The position numbers were made by a program, and so were the translations under genes. Below the pieces are notes generated by a model, which saw only the letters and a list, made by a program, of their open reading frames with translations, did no database searches and was not told where the DNA came from. Below, in pieces: positions 1 to 11,571 of a DNA stretch of 64,000 bases. Position 1 is the first letter of the stretch; each line of letters starts with the position of its first letter. Source of the DNA: Paraspadella gotoi (taxonomy: Eukaryota; Animalia; Chaetognatha); assembly GCA_051294375.1 (NCBI GenBank), contig CM119264.1:24158002-24222001 (forward strand), in the 5' to 3' direction.

Positions 1-680
1 AGGAGAGACGGATTTCAATATCTTTGAAATTATGTTACTTCACTTTTCATTTACTTGTTTTGTTTTTTTTAGACGAATTGTTGTGCTGATTTTTTTCCTT
101 AAACATTTTCTTTCTCATCTGCTTCCCTCATCTTTCTATCTTCATCTCCTTCACCTCTCCCCATGCCCTTTCTCTATCTGCTTCTATCTCTTTCCGACAC
201 CGCAAAAAATGTTAAGTGTGTCGAATTATTCGTCAAACAAACCACAACCACAACAACAACAACAACAACAACCGCAAGACACACTATTGGTTTTTATCAG
301 AGGAAATAACTCTGATCGTCTGCCGGAGCGATGCCAGCGCTAGCGGTTGTGAGGGAGGAAGAGAAGTAGTGGGAAAAAACAAACAAATGTCACGGGGCGG
401 GGAAATCTTTAATAATGTATATTGCGTTTGCTCGCAACTTCGATCCATAATATACAAAATCGTTCTTTTAAAAAAGTCAAACATTCATAAGATAATTTAG
501 GGAACTAAATCATTCACTTGGTTAAGATTTAATATAGAAGATGAAAACTTAAATAAAGGAATGAATTAAGGAAGAAGTGACTTAAAACTCGAAAGGACAC
601 AAGTGAAAAAGATTCCCTTTCCCCGTCGCGAGGGAGGAACTCGTGATAAGGGGGAGGGGAGCGCGAAAGAAAAAAAAAAA
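1..680. repeat. Inverted copy of ~1675-2350 (probable assembly artefact)
   Basis: Positions 1-30 (aggagagacggatttcaatatctttgaaat) are the reverse complement of 2321-2350. The match continues to ~680 / ~1675 with many single-base indels. Confidence 0.85.
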
Positions 681-932
681 GTTTCGATTTCCCGAGAAAA
701 TCTAAATTCGTGAATCACTTGTTAAACTCTCTCTCTCACCCGATCGAAAACAGAAAAATAAAGGTCGCTCGTCGGAAATAGCTGTCATCTCTATTCCTCT
801 CGTCTCTTCTCTCATTCGACGAGCGACCTTTATGGTTTTCTGTTTTCGATCGGGGTGAGAGAGAGAGTTTTAACAAAAGTATGTTTCGACGAATAGTTAG
901 ATTTCTCGGGAATCGAAACTGTTTTTTTTTTT
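672..932. repeat. Imperfect fold-back palindrome (~105-bp arms)
   Basis: gtttcgatttcccgagaaaatct...aaggtcgctcgtcg (681-774) pairs with cgacgagcgacctt...atttctcgggaatcgaaac (817-919) around a ~40-nt pyrimidine-rich loop. Confidence 0.8.
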
Positions 933-2351
933 TATTAAGTTTATAATAATAATCATAGTAATATATGATAAAAATATTATAGTAATAATGATAAAAATAA
1001 TATATAGTATCATTAATGATAAGCAACAATAAGTAATTGGGAATGAGGGTAATTAATGCATAAGAACTAATAAATTAGGAAATGAAGGGTAATTCCAGGA
1101 TAATAGTAATTCCAATCATAGTAATAATAATATATAATGAATATAATAATGTAAAAATAATAAATAGTAATAATGGAATTAAAAATAATAATAGTATCAT
1201 TAACGATAAGAATAATAATAATTAGGAATAAGGGGTAATTCCCAATAATTTTAATACTGGTATTTATGCCTTTCTATTTTATGATCAGGTTTAAAAAAAA
1301 TTGACAAGTTTCTGGTCTTCTGACTGGTTAAAAAAAAAAGAGGGAATGGCCTAGTATACAATGTTAGGTACCCATAATGACTAGTAATTACTTTTTTTTT
1401 CATTGCCAAGTTTCTGTCTATGACTAAAAAAAAAATGGCAAATGGCTTAGTGTAATGAATAATTTCACTCATGATTTTCAATTGATAGTATTTAAATACT
1501 TTTCCAATTTAGCATGATCCCGCAATGATCTTAATTGTTTTGACATTTTAATTTTTTGTTGGCCATTAGTGCAATTTTTCTTGCTCAATACTCATCGTTG
1601 TAAATCGTTTAATCTCTTATTGTCTTAATTGTCAAATTGTCTTTTTTATTTCAGAAAAAAAAAAAAAAAAAAAATTTTTTTTCTTTGCGCTCCCTCCCCC
1701 TTATCACGAGTTCCTCCCTCGCGAACGGGGAAAGGGAATCTTTTTCACTTGTGTCCTTTCGAGTTTTAAAGTCACTACTTCTTCCTTAATTAATTCCTTT
1801 ATTTAAGTTTTCATCTTCTATAAATATCTTAACCAAGTGAATGATTTAGTTCCTAAATTTATCCTTATGATGTTTGACTTTTTTAAAAGAACGATTTTGT
1901 ATATTATGGATCGAAGTTGCGAGCAACGCATTATACATTATTAAAGATTTCCGCCCCGTGACATTTGTTGTTTTTTCCCACTACTTCTCTCCTCCCTCAC
2001 AACCGCTAGCGCTGGCATCGCTCCGGCAGACGATCAGAGTTATTTTCCTCTGATAAAAACCAATAGTGTGTCTTGCGGTTGTTGTTGTTGTTGTTTTGTG
2101 GTTGTGGTTTGTTGATGCGAATAATTCGACACACTTAACATTTTTTGCGGTGTCGGAAAGAGATAGAAGCAGATAGAGAAAGGGCATGGGAGAGGTGAAG
2201 GAGATGAAGTATGAAAGATGAGGGAAGCAGATGAGAAGAAGAATGTTTAAGGAAAAAATCAGCACAACAATTCGTCTAAAAAAAAAACAAAACAAGTAAA
2301 TGAAAAGTGAAGTAACATAATTTCAAAGATATTGAAATCCGTCTCTCCTCT

Positions 2352-2520
2352 TCAAAAAATCCAACCCCCCTTCGACTTCGACCGACGCACCTGCGAAGGC
2401 TTCGTCGAACGTGCGCTTGACCGCGGAGGCCCGCCTCTTGGCCGACGGAGGGCGGAGATGACACGCCTCGTCTCGAACTTGAAGCTCTTCTTCATCGTGA
2501 GGGCGGAGGAGCGGAGGAGT
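2352..2520 (-). CDS. Possible terminal exon of an unidentified gene
   Basis: GC-rich block after a C-rich tract ending in ccgcag on the minus strand. One frame reads LLRSSALTMKKSFKFETRRVISALRRPRGGPPRSSARSTKPSQVRRSKSKGGWIF*, and a second frame is also open. No family recognised. Confidence 0.3.
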
Positions 2521-2529
2521 CTGCGGGAG

Positions 2530-2905
2530 CGGGTGGGATGGGAAGAGGGAGTGGGATGGGATGGGAAGAGAGTGGAGGAGAGTGGGGTGGGGATGGGAAG
2601 AGGAGTGGGGTGGAGGGAAGAGGGAGTGGGGTGGGATAAAGGAGTGGGAGTGGGGATGGGAGAGGAGTGGATGGGGGGGGTGGGTGGGCATGGGAAGAGG
2701 GAGTGGGAGTGGGGAATGGGAAGAGGGAGTGGGTGGAGATGGAAGAGGGAGTGGGGTGGGATGGGAAGAGGAGGGGGTGGAAGATGGGAAGAGGAGTGGG
2801 GTGGAGATGGGAAAGGGAGTGGGGTAGGGATGGGGGGCGGAGGGGTGGGTGGGAGGAAGGTGAGGGAAGTGCGGGAGGGATGGGGCAGGAGAGGGCGGGA
2901 GGCAG
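2530..2905 (+). repeat. Purine/G-rich degenerate minisatellite (GGGAAGAGGGAGTGGGGTGGGAT-like)
   Basis: Repeated GGG tracts with a degenerate ~21-24 nt unit, visible directly. Confidence 0.8.
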
Positions 2906-5450
2906 GATAGAATGTCAATTCTTTTAAAAACCTAGTCAACCTCGTTTTCTTAATCCGAGAACTTCTGTGAGAACTTCTTAATCGACTTTTTTAAATTTAT
3001 CGAGACGAATTTTAACGTCATCTCTCTTTCTTCTTTTTCTTTCTTTTGAATTCTCTTCGAGGAATCGACTTTGACTTTATTTTTCACTCATTTTCTCAAG
3101 TCGCGTCTTCTTTCTCACCCCTCTTTAACATTTTATACAATATAAAATTATACATGTATTTATCCCTTTTTTCTCTCTTTTATCTCTCTTCTCTCGATCA
3201 CACCCCGGAGTTACACTCTATCACTCCTGCGCTATTTCTTTCTCGCCCACGATTTCTCACTTTCTTCCACGATTCATACTTTTTTTTAAAAAAACGATCC
3301 TTATCTCTCTCCATTTTTTTCATTCTTTTCATTTTCTCAACGCTCTGATCTGATCAACGCCCCGGGAGCGATTTCGGAGGAGGATTCTAAGACCAACCTC
3401 CCTCCCCCCTTCACACTTCGCCCTACTAATGGGAAGCAAACCATTCTACGGTGAACGTCAGATGTTCTCCTCATTGTTTCATCATCCTGTAATGTAAACA
3501 AATTGATTCAGCTGTGTAAACGTCGCTTCCCTCTTCCCCTCCCCCTCGCCCTCCCCCGACATTAACGCTTCAAGATGAGACGAGGGAGAAAGTTTTCTTT
3601 CCCTTCTTTTTTTTTTCTTTCTTTCTTTTTCCTTAATTTCGATCCAAAGTTGAACGAAAAAATTAATATCTCTCTCCAATTTGTTTATTTTATTTCGGAA
3701 AGGATTTGGTGAAAAAATAAACCGGGTTAATTAAAATATTTTTCTATCCTTTTTTTTTGTGGCTTTCGCGGTTTTTCGAAAAGAAGGAAAAATAAATATA
3801 TTTTCTCTAGACTTCGGAAGCTTTTTTTTTTTTAAATCCGTCTGAAAATAATTAGTAGTCGGAGTTTTTTGTTTCTTTATTACGAAGGCGTTATGGGCCG
3901 GAGACGCCCCTGGGGGAATTCGAACGGGCGGAGATGGGAAAAGATAGAGAAGGTGAAAAGGGCAGAGAAAAGACATTTTTTTTAGTTCCCTTTCTGTCTT
4001 TTCTTTATGAAACATGACATCTGCAAAAGTTAATTTTTAATTGTAATATCGTATTTTGCATATTATAATAGTCTAAAATCAAAAATGAACCCAGACGGAA
4101 GAAACATAAATTACGAATAATGGAGAAGAAAGAAATAAAAAAGGAAGCAAGATTCAAAAAGAGGAAAAGATAAAAAAAGGATTTACTTATTAAGTCGTTT
4201 TGGGAAAGAAACTTGATCCGCCGATTCCCTTTTGTCCGCCCAGAATTTATTTCTTTTACCAAAAGAGCATCTTATTTTTTTGGAGACTGTCTCCCGATTA
4301 CTGAAAATGCATAGTAAATATTTTCCTTTTTTCTTCTTTTTATCTTTTTTATTTTTTTCTCTGGTTCTTTCTCTCGCATCTCCATTCTCCACTCAATCCA
4401 TTTAGCCACTGATATTCGTTTATATTTTTTGCTAAATACTATTATTGTTTACCATAAACTATGGTATTCCTAATATCCAAAGGCTCTATTATTGCAACCT
4501 AGCGCTCACATCTTATTTACCACAAAAAATTAAGAAAGATAATAAAAAGAAAAATCCGTAAATTTTTTTAAAAATTTAACCAGGAATTAATTTTTTTAGC
4601 GAGAATCGGGGAGTTGATAATTAAATTTCAACTCCGTCGGGAGCGATTTTCGCAGCGGGAATTTCGCCGACTTTATTCGATCCGGAGACCTGGAGATCAT
4701 CACCTTTGATCCCCGTTACATCCGGGCAATGGAAGTGCAAAATCATTGTTCCTCATTACATACCAGGGATTTGAAATGAAAACAAACAACGCGAAGGGCA
4801 AACCTTTACTTCGAAACAAATGGAGAGAACGCGAAATTTGTAAAGCAAATATTGATTCGTTATTATTTGTTCTCAAAGTTTTTTCTGCCTGAGAATCTAA
4901 ATGAATTGTAGTTAAATTTACAAAAAGACTGAGAAAAAAACTATTTTAAACCAACACAAGAAATCATCGGAGTTTTTTTTTTTTCCTCAAATATTTGGGA
5001 TTCGATGATTTGCTTCATCCGTAAGAATTCAACATTTTCCTAATAATTTTAAAGTTTTCCTCCAAAAAAATTCAGCCTTTTCTTGATGACAATTTCTTAG
5101 GAACATAAGAGACCCCGAACTCTGTCTTATTTCTATCCGCTAATTTTTATCCGTGACCACCTGATTGACCAGTGCCCACTCCCACTGCCTAGTACCAACC
5201 CCACCTCGCTATCGATACGGACACGCCTCCACCCACCACCTCTCGCCCAAGCCACTCCAACCTTCCCCATCAACATTAACAAGGACTTGCCTCCCATCAC
5301 TCACCAGCGCAGGCGGTGCCAGTTTTGGTTAGCCATTGCGGAGCCGCAAGTGTAGCTGTAGGCGTCGTCGGCGGTAAGAGGCTTGGAAGACGGCGTCGGC
5401 GGCGCAGGCGACCGTGCAGGAGTGGCGTGGCGCGAGACGCGCTGACAAAA

Positions 5451-5475
5451 NNNNNNNNNNNNNNNNNNNNNNNNN
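5451..5475. other. Assembly gap (25 N); further gaps at 34584-34608, 50120-50144, 53676-53700 (25 N each) and 54138-54445
   Basis: N runs in the sequence. Confidence 0.98.
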
Positions 5476-5506
<31 letters not shown>

Positions 5507-6025
5507 AATTCAAACTACGTAATTGCCGATGAAAGTGTTAGATTTTTTTTTATTGCGAAGAGAAAATCAAAAAAAAATTCACATTTTTAAATGTGTTAAT
5601 TCGTTTGGGAATTTGGCCTTTTCTGAACGATCTCTAACGTAGAGCTCGTTTTGCCAAATTTTTGAGGTTTTAATGCCGTCGAAAAAAAAAGCAAACAAAT
5701 CAAATGTCCGTGAAATTTTGAGATTTTTTTTTTCTTTTTTGAAGAATGAGAAAAAGGTAGGAGCGTGGGTAAGAGAGGAAGAAAGGGAGAAGGGAAAGAA
5801 AGAAGGTTAGGAGAAAGAAAAACTTAAGGCAAAGGTTTCATTCCTCCTTATTCCACTTCTCAATCGACCATTTTCATTTTTATCATTTATTATTTACTAA
5901 TTATTACTCTGACGAAAGAATATACGTATAATATAATGAAATTGGTACAACCAATATAAAAATTATCCAATATAACACCAAATCAACTTGGCCAGATTTG
6001 AATTTGTTCCGGTCTTTCACTTCAG

Positions 6026-8135
6026 GCAAAGGCTCGAAGAAATCTCCGTGTCCCAGCGCCTGTCAAGTTAACTACGTGAGTCTTCGCTGCGGGCGCCAGG
6101 GAAGGGACCGCGACGGCGCCAAGGGCAAACGCGGCGCCAAGGAAAACTTCATCGTCGCAGAGTTCGAGATCCAAGTCATTCATCCCAAACGAACTGGTCC
6201 GTTTCGGTCATTGAGTTGGAATTCGCGTTTGTTAATAATTGGGCTTACCTGTAAATGATTGTCAGAGTCATTAATTTACAATTTGTGACTATCATCTATC
6301 CTATCATTGAATATCGTGTCAAGGAACAATATACATGTGTCAAGCCAATTTTTTTTTTAAAAAAAGGGGCTGGATTCGCTAAGATTAAATTGTTGCAAAA
6401 GTGTATAATTCAATTTAGTAATATATTTCAAATTTATTATCTAATCTTTCGTAGCGAAATGTGACGAGCGGTGCATGAAGAAACGAACGGAGAAAAAGCT
6501 TCGACGAACGATTCGAACTTTGAGGAAATCGATGAACAGCGAGAAATTCTACGTCCGCTTAGACGGTCATGATTACGAGGTAAGGTCATCATTTAAGATC
6601 ATGATCAGTAGGTAGGGTCCTTATTTAACGTCTTGATTATGAGATAAGGATCATGATTACGATTTAAGGACATCAGTCAATCTTATTACCTTTCTTACCA
6701 GACTTTTTCTGTCCGATATTTGTGTCTGGTATCCATGATTCTATCCCCCAACATCAAATGCCTGTCGTTACACGCCTTTCTCAATCCCCTTCCAACAGGT
6801 GGCGCGCAAGGCTGGCCTCTCGTCGCCACGCCCAACATCAAACGGTCGGATCGCCGTGACGGCTACGAGCGGCAGCGGCGTCGGCGGCGTCGAATCGGGC
6901 GAGGATGGCGGCGCCGACGGAGTGCAGGGTCATTGCGCCCTTGGATCCATCAATCTCAACAACCAATGCGGTTGGTGATGTGGAAGAGGACGGTCGGAAG
7001 TAGGGGGGGAAGAAGGAAACAATAAGATATCAATTTCATAACAGTCAACTCGTATTTTGATGCTAGTGCGGAGTACAAAAATAATTCCTCTTATGGTGGA
7101 CTAAAATCCACCAACCGTTCATCAGCGGCTATTGGTGCCGGAGGCAAGTCATTCGCCTCCCAACCCAAAGGTCCCGGGTTCTAGCCCGGTGGTCGTCTGG
7201 CAGTTAAGAGGGACGGGGCGCTTAACCCGCCTGTAACATGGTGTTACAGCCTGATCCAAAGCTCAGGGACTGCTTATCTTGAACGGTTCTATCACTAACT
7301 CATAACAATAATTACTGTCTCTTCACTCTTATACTTACCATCGAAATACTAAACCACTTCATTGATATGAAAGCCGGGTGCTCTGGGCGTTGATAAACTG
7401 AACTGTAGAGGCTTCATCGAAAGCTTACCGGACCAGCTATGTTATTATCTTGCAAAAAGGATGGAGGTCAAAAGTCAGGGACAAAATAAATTGTTTATTG
7501 AAAGAATGGATAATTTTAATATTGGTTGCACCAATTTCAAACAGGAGACGATTCTATTGATTTAAAATTAGCCCTTTAACCCCACGCTCTTTACAGTCCC
7601 TTGCCCGGCGGGAACGTTTTTCGACAAGCGGGCGCGCACCTGCGAGTCTTGCGCCAGCGGATTTTACCAGCCGCGCGCTGGACAACTGGCGTGCATCGCG
7701 TGTCCGCCCTCTAGCGTCAAACACGGTGGCGGGAAGGCGGGAGCGAAGAACGTCTCAGAATGCGGAGGTGAAGGGGAGAGAGAGTGAGGGGTCGGGGTCG
7801 GGGTCGGGGTGGTTGGGATTTAAAAATTTCATCGTTTAATAAGTAAATCCGGTAATATTGACCGGCGGTCAATGACCTAAAAAGATTTATTTCTGTCGTC
7901 GTCGACGCCCGATGTACATTTTTCTTATTTTCCCGGTTGATTAACCGGAAATATCTCTTTTCCGGATCCGGAACTGGACCTGGAACCGGACCTAAAGCCG
8001 GAACCGGCTTCGCCTCGCATGATTAACTGTCTCTCTCTCTCTCTATCTCTTTTTCTTTACGATCTACTTTTTCCCATCTCTGCACGAACTTCCGAACTTT
8101 CATTTCGGCGCTGTCCCCTATGTCTCTTTCTGTCC

Positions 8136-8174
<39 letters not shown>

Positions 8175-8186
8175 CTCTTCTCTCTC

Positions 8187-8220
<34 letters not shown>

Positions 8221-9258
8221 ACTTCCATCCCCCTCTGCGACTCCCCAGTCATTCTCGGCACTTCTCCCGGTCGGAGCTCCCGGCCTCCCGGCTTCCATTC
8301 CGACCCTCTTCCCTACGATTTTCCTTTTCCCGCTTTGTCGCCGGATCAGCTTTTGTCCGACGCCTCCTCTTCTTCCTCCTCATCCTCTTCCTCTTCCTCA
8401 TTCCCTTCCTCCTCGAGAAGGACACGAACCGGCGCCGCCCGTAAGTCTTCCCGTGGCGTCGTCAAATCTTGGGCGTCGCCGAGCGAGCCTGCGTTGGCGC
8501 CTCTGACGCCGGTGCAGCGGGACGGCGTCGGTTGGGCGTCGGATCGGCGCGGCGCCTCGATTAGCATGACCGTCGCGCGGAGTAGAAAATTCGCCTATGG
8601 GGACGAGTGCTTTTACGGGGAAGGTAGGGTTTTTCCCCCCCCGTCTTTTTCGCTTTACTTTCTTTATTTACATTTTTGTATCGATTCTTTTTTATAGTAT
8701 TTCAATGTAAAAGTTTATTACGCTTTTCACTAATTTCGTTTCGCTTTCATGACAAATGTAAACGTTTATTTATTTTAAATTTTCGAAATTATTTCCATGT
8801 CGTTTCGGCTTAATCGTTTTTTATTGTACTAACTGATTTCATGGCTCTTTAATTTCTTCAAATGTATTCTTTTCATCCAAAATTAGGTTTTCAGAAAGCG
8901 CATTTGATCAACTTCGACTTAAATTTTGGGTCTAACCATTTTCGAGTTTAATTGATTGTACTTTTTCTTAACATTTTAATGTTCAACGTTCCGCATTTCT
9001 CTGCGTGTTTTTAATACTAATTCTATGTTACTAAAAAAAAACAAACCACTCAATCAACCATTTTCTTCAGGTCAATGTCGGCCCGGGACTTTCTCCGAGA
9101 ACGGGTTCGAACCCTGCCGTCCGTGTCGTAGCGGGACGTACCAACCGGAAGCGGGCCGTACGGCCTGCGTTCCGTGCGGCCGCGGAGTTCGGACGAGAGG
9201 AAATGGGGCGCGATCTTTCCACGATTGTCTCGTCAAGGGTGAGTAATTTCCTTTCCCT

Positions 9259-9352
<94 letters not shown>

Positions 9353-11518
9353 TTTCTTTTTTTTTTTTTCTCTAATAACTGGGTCGTAATCCGGTCTCTC
9401 TCTCCTGCCTTCAGAGTATTGCCAGCCCGGACACTTTTACGAGTCGAACCAGGGCCGCTGTCAACGCTGCCCCCGGGGGACGTATCAGCCTGAGATGGGA
9501 AAGGACTTCTGTCTCCAGTGCCCGGGAACTACGTCCACAGGTGGGGGGATCTGGATGATGTTGTTCGTTGATAGATGGGAATGACAATATTAAATACCGC
9601 AATCATCCAGCAATATTTTAAATAGTATTTTTAATTTTAAAATCGTAACGAAATTAGTCAAATTTATCGCGGGAAATATTTACTTCTCACCGAATTAATC
9701 TCGTTAAGTGAATCGCTTATCACGTATCACGTATCACTTGAGTTCCTCAGAAAAGATACTCGTGAGTAAGTAATTACTATTAATAATAATTCTTTACCCG
9801 ACGATTCGTTTAATCCGTCAGATTTTGACGGAGTCTCAAACGTTTCTCTTTGCAAAGACTTTAAATGCGGGGGACATCAGGGAAAACACATCGGTCATAT
9901 TCAGGTAAGTTAGATTTATTGATTTGATGGATCGATTGCTTTATTTAAATCGAGTGTCTGATTGAAATGTATTCATTGTTTATCAAAGACGCCCAATTAC
10001 CCCGGCGAATATCCGAACAACGTTGAGTGCAAATGGACGATCACTCCTGAACCCGGACGTCGAATTCTCGTCATCATCCCCGAAATGTTTTTAGCAGGTT
10101 TTAAATTTTGTCTGACGATTCAATTGAATAATTAATTTTATTTTATTTTATTTTATTTTATTATCTCACTTGATTTTGTTGCACGTATAAAATTTTCTTA
10201 TTTTTATTAATTTGATTATTACTTTAAGATATTTGAAGTAATTCTTTTCTTATTCTTTATCATCTTTGACATCCTGTTGTTAAAATGAATTTTTCTACTC
10301 GAGTCCTCGCCTCGACCTCAAAGTTCTTGCAATCCTTTCGCCCAACCTCTCCCTCTCCAGCCCCCGAAGGCGAGAAGAGTCTGGACAAGCTGGTGATGCG
10401 GAAGTCGTCTTCTCCGCTCTCCAAGTTGACGCACGAGTTCACGACGTCGATGGAGCGACCGACCGCCTTCACCGCCAGATCCAAGAAGCTCTGGGTTCAG
10501 TTCAAGTCGGACGCGCGGAACACGGCACAGGGGTTCTCCATCCCTTACGTCACCTACGACGGTGAGATTGTTGAAGTGGCTCGTCAAATGGGGTTGGAAG
10601 ATTTGGCGAAAGGTGCCAGAAATCGTAATTTCCCGAAAATGTTTTTTTTTTTTTCAATTTCATATTTTTTTAAGTATATTCAATTTTTTATTCTATTTCT
10701 GTAATTATATTTTTCACGATCTTAAAACAAATATTTTTATAATATATAAATCTTTTGAGTATGACTAAGACTAAACGAAACGTCACCAGTTCCTCCCGTC
10801 GCTCTTAGGCGGCGCTCCTAAAAACCTTCAGTTGAGCAGAAAGAAAACAAAAAACAAAAGGAAAAGAAAAAGACAAAAAAACAAAAACAAAAGACGTTGG
10901 GGAATTTGCGATGGATTTTCATCCTCAACTCGACCCTATACTTCAATACGGGGATCCCTACCCCGTTTCCATGACCTGCGAGAACTCGGGATGCAGCGGC
11001 GACAAGGAAAGTTCGAGGGAAGGAGGTTGAGGGCTGCGGGGGGAGGGTAGAGGGGGGGCGCTTGGGATGGTAAGGACGATTCGCTGAGTGGGGCAACCTA
11101 AACTAACTGCGCCTTGATAGAGCCAAAACAGGGTTTCTATTTTTCATTTATTGACTGGAAATTGAGTTTTTGTTCCATTGTGATGCTTTTTTCCCTGGAC
11201 GTCATCATCGACATTCGGCCATCGTTGAGTGTTCATAAGCGTCACGTTCGTCGGCGTTTGGTCGGGGCCCGCCCGGAGGAATCTCTCTCCGACTATCACC
11301 TCAACGCCACGCCCCCTATCGCCTTCACTTCCGGTTTCCGTTCAGGCGGACGAGGAAGAAAAATCCCTCATGGTTCGAGGGAAGCGTTTGAGTCGAAGTT
11401 CTTACGTTCGCGCGGGCGGAAATCCCGGGTACGATCTCGACGGAATGAGGGTCAAGTGGCTTAAGAAAAGACTTGAAATCCCAGAGTGTCATCATCAGCA
11501 TCTTAGAGGTGGCGGAGA

Positions 11519-11571
<53 letters not shown>

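Noticed and set aside
672-932. Long hairpin as a miRNA precursor or MITE
   Set aside because: The arms differ by indels, it sits at the end of an inverted noisy duplicate, and the loop loosely resembles a sequencing hairpin adapter. Likely a fold-back read, though not proven.
2332-2939. Pro-rich or Gly/Trp-rich ORFs
   Set aside because: By-products of a G-rich minisatellite.
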